Below, piece after piece: positions 20,300 through 32,198 of a DNA stretch of 64,000 bases; position 1 is the stretch's first letter, and every line of letters begins with the position of its first letter. The notes under the pieces were generated by a model. It saw nothing but the letters and a program-made list of their open reading frames with translations. It was not told the origin of the DNA and made no database searches. The stretch is from Bdellovibrionales bacterium (lineage in GTDB: Bacteria > Pseudomonadota > Alphaproteobacteria > UBA2400): assembly GCA_039808765.1 (NCBI GenBank), contig JBDHTQ010000009.1:963-64962 (forward strand). The letters are read 5' to 3'. A program made the translations under genes and the position numbers.

Positions 20300-20429
20300 G
20301 CGTTAGGTTTAAAGAACCCAGGGCCCTGCGTCAATCCGTGACTGGGTAAAATGTGTCATTCCCTTTGAGAAGATCAAACTTTTTGCTATAGAGTAGAAAA
20401 TTGAGATTACTTTTCGGGTTTGAGGGTCT

Positions 20430-22031
20430 ATGTCACGCTTTTCACAATCATTAAAAGTTGCCGTCATCGCTATATTGACTTTGTCGGCATCGTTTTCAGC
20501 TGTTCAGGCAAAAGAGTCGGAACCAGAAAACACAAGTGTCGCGGCAGCCACCCTGCCTCCCATTCCTCCCGTTAAACCACAATTCAGCAATGTGTTTAGC
20601 TTTGATTACCTTAAGCAAGAAGCAGCCGCGCTGGCGCAGAAGCCTTACAGCGCACCCAATACGATCACGTCGCAATGGTTAAAGGATTTGAGTTACGATA
20701 GTTATCGTGATTTACGCTTTAATCATGATAAAGCCATCTGGGCTGATGACGGCTTACCGTTTCATATGGAATTTTTTCACCTTGGAGCCATTTTCACAAC
20801 TCCGGTTCAAATTTATGAAGTCGATACCGACGAGAATGCTCATCGTTTTGCCTATAACCCTGATTTGTTTGTTTTCGGCAAAGACGGGGCCGTTCCCCAC
20901 GAACACATCAGTGATGTGTCCGACTATGCTGGTTTTCGATTGCACTACCCGTTAAACCGTCCTGACTATTATGATGAATTTTTGGTTTTTCTGGGCGCAA
21001 GCTATTTTCGCGGCGTGGCAAAGGGACAAAACTATGGACTCTCAGCGCGCGGCTTGGCTGTTAACACTGCAATGCCGCAGGGTGAAGAGTTTCCGATGTT
21101 CCGCAAATTCTGGATTGTTAAACCCGCAGAGCATGCCCGCCATATCAAGGTGTACGCTTTACTTGATAGCCCAAGCGTGACGGGTGCCTATGCGTTTGAT
21201 GTGACACCAGGTCGTGTTACGCGCATGGATGTATCGTCAACCCTTTACCCCCGGCAGGATATTGATCGCCTTGGCATTGCACCATTAACGTCGATGTTTG
21301 AGTTTGGTGAAAATGATAATCGGCTTAAAAGCGATTTTCGTCCTGAAGTGCACGACAGTGACGGTTTGCTGCTCAATAACAGCACTGGTGAGTGGGTTTG
21401 GCGCCCGCTTCTTAATCCGGTCAATCTGGGGGTTAGTTCTTTCGCGCTTGAAAATCCGCGTGGTTTTGGTCTGATGCAACGTGACCGTAACTTCTCTGAT
21501 TATGAGGATTTGGAAGCACGTTACGAATCACGCCCCAGCTTGTGGGTTGAACCGCAAGGTAAATGGGGCAAAGGTGCCGTTCAGCTGGTGGAAATTCCCA
21601 CCGATAGTGAAATTCATGATAATATTGTAGCATACTGGATTCCCGATCAACCTGTGAAAGCTGGGCAACCACTGTCGTTTGATTATACGTTGAATTGGGG
21701 TGATGATCCTGATTCATCTGATCATCCGGCCATGGTTTTATCAACCCGTGTGGGCCGACAATTCGATCAAAACAAAATCAAGTTTGTCATTGACTTTGAA
21801 GGGCTATCTGGAAGATACAGAAAAGAAGACGGATCTCCTGATGTTGATCTGTGGACCAGCAACGGTAAGATTGAGGGCAGGTCCATTGCGCCGAATCCGC
21901 ATTCAGACGGTTGGCGTGTGAGCTTTGATCTCAACCCAGATGGTCAAGATATTCATGAACTGCGTTGCATCTTAAAGCGAAACGGCCAACCTGTTTCTGA
22001 AACATGGTCGTACCAATGGCGACCGGAGTAA
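20430..22031 (+). CDS. opgG: Glucans biosynthesis protein G (periplasmic, OPG synthesis)
   Basis: 533 aa with an N-terminal signal peptide (VAVIAILTLSASFSAVQA) and the MdoG family pattern. Confidence 0.9.
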   Translation: MSRFSQSLKVAVIAILTLSASFSAVQAKESEPENTSVAAATLPPIPPVKPQFSNVFSFDYLKQEAAALAQKPYSAPNTITSQWLKDLSYDSYRDLRFNHDKAIWADDGLPFHMEFFHLGAIFTTPVQIYEVDTDENAHRFAYNPDLFVFGKDGAVPHEHISDVSDYAGFRLHYPLNRPDYYDEFLVFLGASYFRGVAKGQNYGLSARGLAVNTAMPQGEEFPMFRKFWIVKPAEHARHIKVYALLDSPSVTGAYAFDVTPGRVTRMDVSSTLYPRQDIDRLGIAPLTSMFEFGENDNRLKSDFRPEVHDSDGLLLNNSTGEWVWRPLLNPVNLGVSSFALENPRGFGLMQRDRNFSDYEDLEARYESRPSLWVEPQGKWGKGAVQLVEIPTDSEIHDNIVAYWIPDQPVKAGQPLSFDYTLNWGDDPDSSDHPAMVLSTRVGRQFDQNKIKFVIDFEGLSGRYRKEDGSPDVDLWTSNGKIEGRSIAPNPHSDGWRVSFDLNPDGQDIHELRCILKRNGQPVSETWSYQWRPE

Positions 22032-22038
22032 GCGGTGT

Positions 22039-22572
22039 ATGACTGATCAAGCCTATGATGATAAAAGGAGAAGAGACGTGTTGCCCCTCCCCCATCCCTT
22101 TGCTCATAAAGGTGGCCGGCTTTATCCTGCGGCCCCTTACTCTTCACAGCATTTAAAAACGGCCTTACTTGGATTAGCCCGTTCTTTGGGGGCTGAGGGT
22201 GATAAAAAACAGCGTCAGCTGGCCGCATTGTTTTGGCAAATGCTCCCTATGCGCCGGATGTCAGTGGAAACGGCACTGGATTATCTCAATTTGGTGGTGC
22301 TGGAAAAAGCGGAACAGCATTTTAAACGGCCTCTTTCGCTCGCAGATTTGCGTGTCGCTATCATGCAGCAAAAGATTGAGCCGATTGTTGTTTTTTCCCA
22401 AGAGTCGGAGACAACCGCTCGCCCAACCGTTTTGCCTCATTCATTGCATGTTACACCGCAAGAAAATCCGCTTGAAATGCCGATACAACCGCTCACGCCG
22501 CTAACGTTGAGCCAGATTTTAAGCGGTGGTCTTGTGTGTTCCTATCGTCAATTCTCGTCTGCTTCTGCTTAA
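22039..22572 (+). CDS. Hypothetical protein between opgG and opgH (OpgI-like by position)
   Basis: 177-aa ORF starting 8 nt after the opgG stop and ending 9 nt before the opgH GTG start, in the same frame as opgH but separated from it by TAA. No recognisable motif. Confidence 0.45.
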   Translation: MTDQAYDDKRRRDVLPLPHPFAHKGGRLYPAAPYSSQHLKTALLGLARSLGAEGDKKQRQLAALFWQMLPMRRMSVETALDYLNLVVLEKAEQHFKRPLSLADLRVAIMQQKIEPIVVFSQESETTARPTVLPHSLHVTPQENPLEMPIQPLTPLTLSQILSGGLVCSYRQFSSASA

Positions 22573-22581
22573 AGGATTATC

Positions 22582-24642
22582 GTGTCACTGCCTCGTTCGC
22601 CCTCTGCGTTTGCGCGTCGTTTGTTGTTGCTTGTTTTAACATTAGGAACGGCGGGTGGTGCCACTGCACTCTGGGCTGATCTTTTAGCGCAAAACGGCCT
22701 CACTATTCTGGATATTATCCAAATAATTTTATTCGCATTAAGTTATTTATGGGTAAGCCCCTTTTTCTGGAGTTCCATTTTGGGTTGGCTGCGGCTGGCA
22801 TCAGGGGGCAAGACGCCGGGAATTGTTCACCCGCATCATCTCTTGCCGGGGGTCGAGGCGCCAGAGTTAATGAATCATCGCGCTACCGCCATTGTGATTC
22901 CTGTTTATAATGAAGAAGCTGGGGCCGTCTTCGCCCGTCTTTGTGCAATGTATAAAGCCTTGGAGCGCTCTGGCAATCTTCAGCACTTTCATTTTTTTGT
23001 TTTATCAGACAGCACCGACGCCGAAGCCTGGTTGGCTGAAGAAATAATGTGGTCGAAAGTTGTGCGCGAGTTGAATGCCGAAGGACGTTTGTTTTATCGG
23101 CATCGTCCCAAAAACACGGCTCGCAAGGCTGGCAACATAGGTGATTTTTGTCAGCGCTGGGGTGGCTCGTATGAGCATATGATCGTGTTGGATGCCGATA
23201 GTCTGCTTACCGTAGAAGCCATTCTGATGATGGCACGGTTGGCTAAACTCAATCCCCATGCGGGCATCATTCAAGGACTGCCGACGATCATCGGGGCAAA
23301 AAGTTTTTTTGCACGTTCACAGCAATTTGCTGTCCGCCTTTACGGTCCGTTGATTGCAGCAGGGATCAATTTTTGGCATTTAGGTGATGGCAATTATTGG
23401 GGTCATAACGCGATCATTAACGTGGCCTTTTTTGCGCAACAATGCGGGTTGCCTAATTTGCCCGGTGCGCCGCCTTTCGGGGGGCATATTCTCAGCCATG
23501 ATTTTATTGAGGCAGCTTTGATTCGGCGGGGGGGGTGGCGGGTGTGGCTCGTGGGAGAAATACCTGGCTGCTATGAACAAATGCCAGCATCCATCATTGA
23601 AAACGGTAAGCGAGAAAGACGATGGGTGCAGGGTAATTTACAGCATATGAAAATTCTTTTTGCTCACGGGCTGCATCCAATGAGTCGCATTCACCTTCTG
23701 ATGGGAATTGTGGCGTTTAAAGTCTCAATTCTAAGTCTTCTATTTTTAACAGTGGGATTGGCGTCATCAATGTATGCCCAATTTGTTCCTCCAAGCTATT
23801 TTCCCGCGTACAAAACCCTGTTTCCTGCGTGGCCGATTTTTAATGGTGACTTGGCCTTGTCGCTTTTGGCTGGCACCATCGTTATGCTGACGCTGCCCAA
23901 AATTTTAGCCATTCTTTTGCGCATGGGAAAACAATCACGTTTATATGGTGGGCGATTTAAACTGTTTTTGAGTTTTATGCTGGAGCATATTTTTACGGTT
24001 TTTATTGCGCCGATGCTTATGCTGATTCATGCGGGGTTTGTGGTCGATGTTTTCCGCCGCCGTGATTCAGGGTGGGGTAAACAAAATCGCGGTGATGCTG
24101 ATACATCGTGGGGAGAGGCCTATCGCATTCATCGCTACCATACATTGTTCGGTATGGTTTTGGGTGTGATGGGGTGGTACTTGGCTTCGTCCCTGTTTTG
24201 GTGGATTTCGCCGGTCGTGATTGGGTCCGTTTTTTCAATTCCACTATCAGTTTTTTCCTCTCGTGTGAGCTGGGGGCAAGGTTTGCGTCGCGCAGGTATT
24301 TTTGTTATTCCAGAAGAAACAAATCCGCCGCAGGAGTGGACTGATTCCTTGGTTCATGAAGAAAATCTCACTCCTTTTTTACCAAAAGGATGTGGAGCAT
24401 TAGGGGATATTACTCCTGTTTTATCTGACCCACATGTGAATGCCTTGCATCTTTCGCTTCTGCCAAGCAACAGCATGACGTATTGTGATTTAGACGAGTT
24501 GGCCAAAGCCCGACGTAAGCTGGCTCTTGGGCTTAAAGGAGAATATGTTCCTCCATTATCAAGTGCAGAACGCTATGCGCTGATGTTTGATCGCGAAACA
24601 CTTGAACGTCTGCCTTTGGGGGTGTCACCAAAGCTACCTTGA
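22582..24642 (+). CDS. opgH: Glucans biosynthesis glucosyltransferase H (GT2, membrane)
   Basis: 686 aa. GTG start with an AAGGA SD. GT2 motifs are collinear with E. coli MdoH: LSDS, LDADS, QRWVQGNL versus RDRRWCHGNL, SWGEAYRIHRYH. Confidence 0.9.
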   Translation: MSLPRSPSAFARRLLLLVLTLGTAGGATALWADLLAQNGLTILDIIQIILFALSYLWVSPFFWSSILGWLRLASGGKTPGIVHPHHLLPGVEAPELMNHRATAIVIPVYNEEAGAVFARLCAMYKALERSGNLQHFHFFVLSDSTDAEAWLAEEIMWSKVVRELNAEGRLFYRHRPKNTARKAGNIGDFCQRWGGSYEHMIVLDADSLLTVEAILMMARLAKLNPHAGIIQGLPTIIGAKSFFARSQQFAVRLYGPLIAAGINFWHLGDGNYWGHNAIINVAFFAQQCGLPNLPGAPPFGGHILSHDFIEAALIRRGGWRVWLVGEIPGCYEQMPASIIENGKRERRWVQGNLQHMKILFAHGLHPMSRIHLLMGIVAFKVSILSLLFLTVGLASSMYAQFVPPSYFPAYKTLFPAWPIFNGDLALSLLAGTIVMLTLPKILAILLRMGKQSRLYGGRFKLFLSFMLEHIFTVFIAPMLMLIHAGFVVDVFRRRDSGWGKQNRGDADTSWGEAYRIHRYHTLFGMVLGVMGWYLASSLFWWISPVVIGSVFSIPLSVFSSRVSWGQGLRRAGIFVIPEETNPPQEWTDSLVHEENLTPFLPKGCGALGDITPVLSDPHVNALHLSLLPSNSMTYCDLDELAKARRKLALGLKGEYVPPLSSAERYALMFDRETLERLPLGVSPKLP

Positions 24643-24664
24643 TGAATTTAATGAAAGAAGATCG

Positions 24665-25756
24665 ATGATAGTGCCTGTTGTTCTTAAGCTTGAAACCTTA
24701 CAGGTTATGCGTGGTCTTGCGGCACTTATGGTTGTGCTCTTTCACATGGAGGTTTCTATCTGGCCTGGTATTTTTCACATTTCGCAACCCTTCTTTAGTG
24801 GGTTTGAAATGGGATCGGCGGGTGTAGAAGTTTTTTTTGTAATCAGTGGTTTCATCATGTGGCATATTCATCATGATGATTGGGGGCTGGCGCAAAAATT
24901 TCTCCCGTTTCTTTACAAACGTGCGACGCGCATTTATCCACTCTACCTTTTTGTGTTTGGCATAACGGTATTTTTTTACTTTCTTTTTCCTGCTTTTGGA
25001 TCGGCGCGAGCGCAACATTGGGGATCCGTTTTATACGATGCTGCACTTTTGCCGACAGAAGGCTATCCACTTCTCGTGGTGGCATGGACACTTCAGTATG
25101 AAATGTTTTTTTACATGATGTTCGCCATCTCACTTTTGAATCGCTACTGGGGAGTCATGTTGGCGGGAATGTGGATGTTGGGTTGTACGATCAATCTTTT
25201 TATGCATACCCAAAACTTCTGGCTCGCATTTTTTTTCTCACCTTTAAATTTTTTGTTTGTGCTGGGTTGCCTTGCTGCACAAATTGTTCAAACCCGTCGA
25301 TTGGTTTTTCCACACATTATTGGCATCATGGGTGTGATTCTGTTTTTTGTGATTGGTATCAATAAAACCTTTCATCTTCTTACGATCGATGATGGGCTGC
25401 AATCGCTTTTATATGGTGTGGTCACGTGTATGATATTTGGATTTATTCAAGTGGAAGAAAAAATTAATTTTAAGAATTACTTTTTTAGACCTTTTGTTCT
25501 GATGGGGACAATAAGCTATTCGCTTTATCTTGTGCATTGTCTTGCCATGACAGTTTTTGGATTAATTTTGATCAAGTTCTCACTTGTCCAATATGTGCCG
25601 CTGTGCGTTTTGTTTTTTCTTCCGCCAATTGCGGCACTTATGAGCGGGTTGATGTGTTTTTGGTGGGTTGAGCATCCACTTCAGCGTTTTTTCAAAGGTC
25701 TTGGGGAAAAATTTTTTTCTTGTGAAGGTGGGCGTTTCAGCCATCGTCCTCTCTAA
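24665..25756 (+). CDS. Acyltransferase family 3 membrane protein (OpgC-like OPG succinyl/acyl transferase candidate)
   Basis: About 363 aa. Acyl_transf_3 hallmarks: LQVMRGLAALMVVLFH, VEVFFVISGF, RIYPLY. It follows opgH directly. The ORF is open from 24587; the ATG at 24665 sits after the opgH stop with an AAAGAAG SD. Confidence 0.75.
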   Translation: MIVPVVLKLETLQVMRGLAALMVVLFHMEVSIWPGIFHISQPFFSGFEMGSAGVEVFFVISGFIMWHIHHDDWGLAQKFLPFLYKRATRIYPLYLFVFGITVFFYFLFPAFGSARAQHWGSVLYDAALLPTEGYPLLVVAWTLQYEMFFYMMFAISLLNRYWGVMLAGMWMLGCTINLFMHTQNFWLAFFFSPLNFLFVLGCLAAQIVQTRRLVFPHIIGIMGVILFFVIGINKTFHLLTIDDGLQSLLYGVVTCMIFGFIQVEEKINFKNYFFRPFVLMGTISYSLYLVHCLAMTVFGLILIKFSLVQYVPLCVLFFLPPIAALMSGLMCFWWVEHPLQRFFKGLGEKFFSCEGGRFSHRPL

Positions 25757-25848
25757 GAGAGGTTAGGGCTGCGTGAAAACGACATTATCCAGCCTTGTAT
25801 TTATAAGATATTCGCGCGTAAAGTACCTGAGTTTATCGGGAATTGAGA

Positions 25849-26924
25849 ATGCAAAAACTTGAGTCAGTTCAGATTATGCGCGCGATTGCTGCTTTGCTGG
25901 TTGTATTTTTTCATGCACACGGTTATGTTTTGCCGCAAAAGCTGCATATCAGCGAACCGCTTTTTTATGGGTTCAGCATGGGGTATGCGGGAGTGGAAAT
26001 TTTTTTTGTGATTAGCGGTTTTATTATGTGGCACATTCACCGTTTGGATGTGGGGCAGCCAGCGCGGGCATGGAATTTTATATATAAACGTTTAACGCGC
26101 ATTTATCCTATCTTTTTGATGATTTATGCGACACTCATTGCATTGTACTGGCTTTTCCCTGGTCACGGCCCTGACAGTGCGAAAGATCTGACTCACGTCC
26201 TTGTGAGTGCTACTCTTTTGCCTACACCCTATTCTCCGGTGATGGTCGTCGCTTGGACGTTGCAGTTTGAGATGTTTTTTTACATGCTTTTTACGTTCCT
26301 TATTCTTTCTAAAAAGATTGGTGGCGCAGTCATTGCATTGTGGGTGATGGGATGCATCATCAATGTGTTTTGTAATTGGCAGAGTTTTCCTGCGTCGTTT
26401 CTTTTTTCCGCGTATCATTTTCTTTTTTTAATGGGAGTCGCTGGAGCTGAGCTTTTGCGGATGCGGCGTTTGCCGAGACCTTTTTTGATCGGATTATGTG
26501 GATGCCTGCTTTTTTTAACAATCGGGTTGATTGAAGCATATAATGTGGTGGTCTGGTACAAACCGCTCCGCACAATTTTATATGGATTTTCTGCCTTTAT
26601 GATGTTGGCATTTGTGCAAAGTGAAAAGCAAGAGGCTCGTCGGGGGGCTGTTTACCGTGCCTTTGTTGTGCTTGGATTTGCCAGTTATTCTCTTTATTTG
26701 TTACATAGCCTGATTATGACGATTACAGGTGAATTAATGGAAAAGGGTGGAATTATCTTTTTGTTGCCCAAGTGGGTGCTTTTTCTTATTCCGCCCGCCC
26801 TCGCGATATTTGGTTCGTTGATCTTTTACATGCTCATAGAAAGGCGCTTGCAAGATTTTTTCAAGCGCATGCAGCCGAAAAAGAGATTGCCCATGACAGC
26901 TGCGTTGAAAAACGTGGAAAACGT

Positions 26925-26928
<4 letters not shown>
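25849..26928 (+). CDS. Acyltransferase family 3 membrane protein, tandem paralog of the preceding gene
   Basis: Shares motifs with the upstream paralog: [64 protein letters not shown]. Confidence 0.75.
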
Positions 26929-28727
<1,799 letters not shown>

Positions 28728-28863
28728 GGTGCCGGACCATACCGATTTGTTGATCTTTTATCAATCCCCAGTTTGTTCGTTGTTTTCGATTAAATGGATA
28801 AAATTAATCAATTTAACTAATGATCAGTGGTTTGTTATGATAAAAAGTATGGAGGGTATTGAG

Positions 28864-29091
28864 ATGAAAACATTGTTAAAAACAACAACATATTGCTGTA
28901 TGCATTTTGCTGTTGCGTTGTTTGTTGCTTATGCGGTCACCCGTAATTGGCAAGTGGCGACGACCATTTCAGTGATTGAGCCACTGGTGCAGACGTTTTT
29001 CTTTTTCTGGCATGAGCTGGCATGGCAGGGCAAGCTACGCTTGACACCACGTGCGACAGGATGTCATATGGGGACAACAATTTCCCCTTAA
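28864..29091 (+). CDS. DUF2061-like small membrane protein
   Basis: GGAGGG SD before the ATG at 28864. MKTLLKTTTY...VIEPLVQTFFFFWHELAW resembles DUF2061. The ORF is open from 28726. Confidence 0.5.
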   Translation: MKTLLKTTTYCCMHFAVALFVAYAVTRNWQVATTISVIEPLVQTFFFFWHELAWQGKLRLTPRATGCHMGTTISP

Positions 29092-29104
29092 TGATCGGAA
29101 TGCA

Positions 29105-29434
29105 ATGACAGAGATCAATCTTCCTCTCGTGATAACACCTTCTGCTTTGAACAAAATCCAAGCGTTACTTAAAGCAACTGAAGATCAGAAGGCTTTTCGT
29201 GTGGCTGTGCAGGGTGGCGGGTGTGCAGGTTACCAATATGAGTTCGGTCTTGTCGCGACTTTAAATGCAGATGATGAATTGCTTGAGGGTGTTGTGGTGG
29301 TTGATGCTGTTTCTCGTCCGTTTTTGTTGGGAGCAACCCTTGATTATGTCGATGAATTGGGGGGCAGTTTCTTCAAGGTGATTCAGCCTAGTGCTTCATC
29401 TACATGCGGGTGCGGTAACTCTTTTTCCATGTAA
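29105..29434 (+). CDS. erpA: A-type iron-sulfur cluster carrier (HesB/IscA/ErpA family)
   Basis: About 109 aa. QGGGCAGYQY and the C-terminal CGCGNSF motif identify the family. The ATG at 29105 gives the usual length. Confidence 0.8.
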   Translation: MTEINLPLVITPSALNKIQALLKATEDQKAFRVAVQGGGCAGYQYEFGLVATLNADDELLEGVVVVDAVSRPFLLGATLDYVDELGGSFFKVIQPSASSTCGCGNSFSM

Positions 29435-29447
29435 TGAGGTTGTTTGC

Positions 29448-30215
29448 GTGAAAGTCGCCACGTTTAACGTCAACTCAATTAGGGCTCGTTTGCCCAATGT
29501 GCTGCGCTGGATTGAAGCGGTAAAGCCGGATGTGTTGATGATGCAGGAAATAAAGGTCGTTAACGACGATTTTCCCCGCCAAGAGTTGGAGAATGCTGGG
29601 TATACATTATTTATCCATGGGCAAAAAAGCTATAATGGCGTAGCGATTGCGACCCGACAAAACGCGCGTGAGGTGAATAACAGTATTTTGCTTGACGATG
29701 CACTGGCCCGCTACCTTGAGATAGAGATTGAGGGTGTTCATTATATCAATATTTATGCTCCGAATGGTAATCCTGTAGAGAGCGAAAAGTTTCCTTACAA
29801 ATTAAAGTGGTTAGAGGCGCTTTTGCACCGTGCAAAAGCACTGTTGGATGAGGAAACGCCTTTTTTGATTGGCGGTGATTTTAATATCATTCCTGAGGAT
29901 GAAGACTGTTACGACCCCGCGGCTTGGGCGGATGATGCTTTGTTTCAGCCCGAAGCCCGACGGCTGTGGCGGCGTCTGAAAAATCTCGGTTTAACGGATG
30001 CGTATCGTGCATTGCACTCAAGCGAAAAAGAGGCCTATACATTTTGGGATTACCAAGGGGGATCATGGCCGCGTAACCGCGGGATTCGCATTGATCATTT
30101 TCTGCTCTCGCCGCAACTGGCCGACCGTTTGTTAACATGTGTGATCGATAAATCTCCACGGGGAGAGGAAAAAGCGTCAGACCACACCCCGCTCGTGGTC
30201 GATTTTGTGCCATAG
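29448..30215 (+). CDS. xthA: Exodeoxyribonuclease III
   Basis: GTG start (VKVATFNVNSI) with a GAGG SD. Motifs NGNPV, GGDFNIIPED and SDHTPLVVDF. The ORF is open from 29391. Confidence 0.85.
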   Translation: MKVATFNVNSIRARLPNVLRWIEAVKPDVLMMQEIKVVNDDFPRQELENAGYTLFIHGQKSYNGVAIATRQNAREVNNSILLDDALARYLEIEIEGVHYINIYAPNGNPVESEKFPYKLKWLEALLHRAKALLDEETPFLIGGDFNIIPEDEDCYDPAAWADDALFQPEARRLWRRLKNLGLTDAYRALHSSEKEAYTFWDYQGGSWPRNRGIRIDHFLLSPQLADRLLTCVIDKSPRGEEKASDHTPLVVDFVP

Positions 30216-30285
30216 CGGGCACAAAAAAATAAAAGTTGTGGACAAAATTACAGGACAATTGACTTTTGCTTGCCGCTTTGTCGAT

Positions 30286-31710
30286 ATGCGCAACATGAAT
30301 ACTCGTCGTTCCACACATATCCTTGCCACACTCGGCCCTGCGTCTGGTACCAAGGAAAAAATCCGTCCGCTGGTTGATGCCGGCGCGGATGTCTTTCGTC
30401 TTAACTTCAGCCATGGGTCTCATGAAGATCACGGCGCGCGCCTTAAAGCCATTCGCGAGATCGAAGCAGAAGTGGGTTATCCGCTGCCGGTTCTGGCTGA
30501 CCTGCAAGGGCCGAAGCTGCGCCTCGGCAAATTCGAGAATGGCAGCATTGCGGTAAAACCTGGCGATAAAATTCGCCTCGACCTTGATCCTGCCCTTGGA
30601 AATCAAGAGCGCGTACAGATGCCTCATCCCGAAATTTTTGCGGCCCTAGTGCCTGAAAGCACCTTACTGGTGGATGATGGTAAAGTGCGTTTGCGTGTTG
30701 ATGTTTGCAGCAAAGAGCATGCCGACTGTACCGTTATTGCGGGAACGAAATTGATGGACCGCAAGGGTGTGAACGTACCCGATGTGGTTTTGCCGATTCC
30801 GGCATTGACTGAAAAGGATCGGGCGGATTTGAACTATGCGTTGAGCGTAGGGGTTGACTTTATCGCTCTTTCTTTTGTGCAAAAACCAGAAGACGTGAGC
30901 GAAGCCCGTGAGTTGATTGGCGATCGCGCATGGATTATCAGCAAGATTGAAAAACCGTCAGCTGTTGACGCGCTTGAAGAAATTGTTGCGCTATCGGATG
31001 CGGTGATGGTGGCGCGGGGTGATTTGGGCGTTGAAATGTTGCCCGAAGAAGTGCCGGCTATCCAAAAACGCATTATCCGCACCTGCCGCGCTCAAGGGAA
31101 GCCGGTGATTGTGGCAACACAAATGCTTGAATCCATGATTTCCGCGCCTACTCCCACCCGAGCGGAAGCTTCGGACGTGGCCAATGCTGTGTTTGATGGA
31201 ACGGATGCCGTGATGCTTTCTGCTGAAACCGCATCGGGTGATTATCCGGTCGAAGCGGTGACGATGATGGACCGCATTTGCCGTCAGGCTGAATCTGATC
31301 CGGCTTTCCGCTCCATTTCGGGTGCGGTAGTGCTGGGGCACGAGAGTACTGGGTCCGATGCCATTACAGCAGCGGCCAGCATGGTTGCCGATACAGTTGA
31401 GGCCGCCGCGATTGTGACGTTCACAACATCGGGTGCAACAACATTGCGCACATCGCGCGAGCGTCCGCAGGTGCCTGTTCTTTGCTTGGCACCCACTATC
31501 GAGACTGTGCGTCGTGTTAGCTTGGGTTATGGTGTGCGTGCCGTGCATCTGCCCGGTGTTAAAACATTCTCGGAAACCGTTGATGCTGCGCTGCGGATTG
31601 CCCGCGAGATCGGGATGGCTGAAAGCGGTCAAAAACTGGTGATCACGGCGGGCGTTCCTTTTGGCACCCCCGGCAGCACCAATACATTGCGTATCGCTGA
31701 GGTCGCTTAA
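30286..31710 (+). CDS. pyk: Pyruvate kinase
   Basis: Motifs TKIxATLGP (ILATLGPAS), FRLNFSHGSHEDH, MVARGDLGVEM, ATQMLESM. The ORF is open from 30205; ATG codons at 30286 and 30295 give a typical N-terminus. Confidence 0.9.
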   Translation: MRNMNTRRSTHILATLGPASGTKEKIRPLVDAGADVFRLNFSHGSHEDHGARLKAIREIEAEVGYPLPVLADLQGPKLRLGKFENGSIAVKPGDKIRLDLDPALGNQERVQMPHPEIFAALVPESTLLVDDGKVRLRVDVCSKEHADCTVIAGTKLMDRKGVNVPDVVLPIPALTEKDRADLNYALSVGVDFIALSFVQKPEDVSEARELIGDRAWIISKIEKPSAVDALEEIVALSDAVMVARGDLGVEMLPEEVPAIQKRIIRTCRAQGKPVIVATQMLESMISAPTPTRAEASDVANAVFDGTDAVMLSAETASGDYPVEAVTMMDRICRQAESDPAFRSISGAVVLGHESTGSDAITAAASMVADTVEAAAIVTFTTSGATTLRTSRERPQVPVLCLAPTIETVRRVSLGYGVRAVHLPGVKTFSETVDAALRIAREIGMAESGQKLVITAGVPFGTPGSTNTLRIAEVA

Positions 31711-31711
31711 A

Positions 31712-31996
31712 ATGTCGGGCAACGGTTTTTCACTCGTTTATCTGATTGCCGTTGCCCTACTTTTTTTACCTATGGCGTTTTTCGTGATGCGCCAACCCGG
31801 CGCTTTGCGAAATGTGGCATTGTGGGTTCTGGCTTTTGCCGTCTTGATGTGGGGCTACCATTTTGTTGTTGAGGTGCCCCAGCAAAAAGCGCTTGAGGCG
31901 CAACAAGGAACCTCTTCTGACGAGAAAGAATCTGGTCCTGCTTCTCCCGAATCCCTCGCCCCGCGCTCGTCGGATAGCCCGGTGAGGAATCTCTAA
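31712..31996 (+). CDS. Small membrane protein (2 TM) with an acidic/Ser-rich tail
   Basis: The ATG lies 1 nt after the pyk stop. MSGNGFSLVYLIAVALLFLPMAFFV...VALWVLAFAVLMWGY. Confidence 0.45.
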   Translation: MSGNGFSLVYLIAVALLFLPMAFFVMRQPGALRNVALWVLAFAVLMWGYHFVVEVPQQKALEAQQGTSSDEKESGPASPESLAPRSSDSPVRNL

Positions 31997-32143
31997 TCTT
32001 GAGGCGCGTTTTATAACGAGCAATCCTCTTCATTGCGTACTCTCAACCCATGAATTGCCTATACAAAATCGAGTGCGCCTCTCTCAAAGACATGCGCACT
32101 CAGTTTTTATTGCTTTAGCGCAAAGACAACGCACAAAGAAAAA

Positions 32144-32193
32144 CCCCCGCTAGACGATAAAATATCGCTAGAGGGGGGTATACGGTTTTTTTT
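32144..32193. terminator. Putative bidirectional terminator between convergent genes
   Basis: AAAAACCCCC ...loop... GGGGGG followed by a T8 run (32185-32193). A-run on the 5' side and T-run on the 3' side. Confidence 0.45.
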
Positions 32194-32198
32194 GCGCT

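Noticed and set aside
22039-24642. Possibility that the 177-aa ORF plus opgH is one gene with an in-frame stop (pseudogene or readthrough)
   Set aside because: opgH has its own AAGGA SD and GTG start directly after the TAA. The 177-aa product shows no resemblance to the E. coli OpgH N-terminal cytoplasmic region. A separate OpgI-like gene is the simpler reading, although the identical frame is noted.
30991-31722. 243-aa minus-strand ORF
   Set aside because: It lies entirely antisense to the well-supported pyruvate kinase gene. Its Arg/His-rich composition is typical of GC-rich antisense frames.
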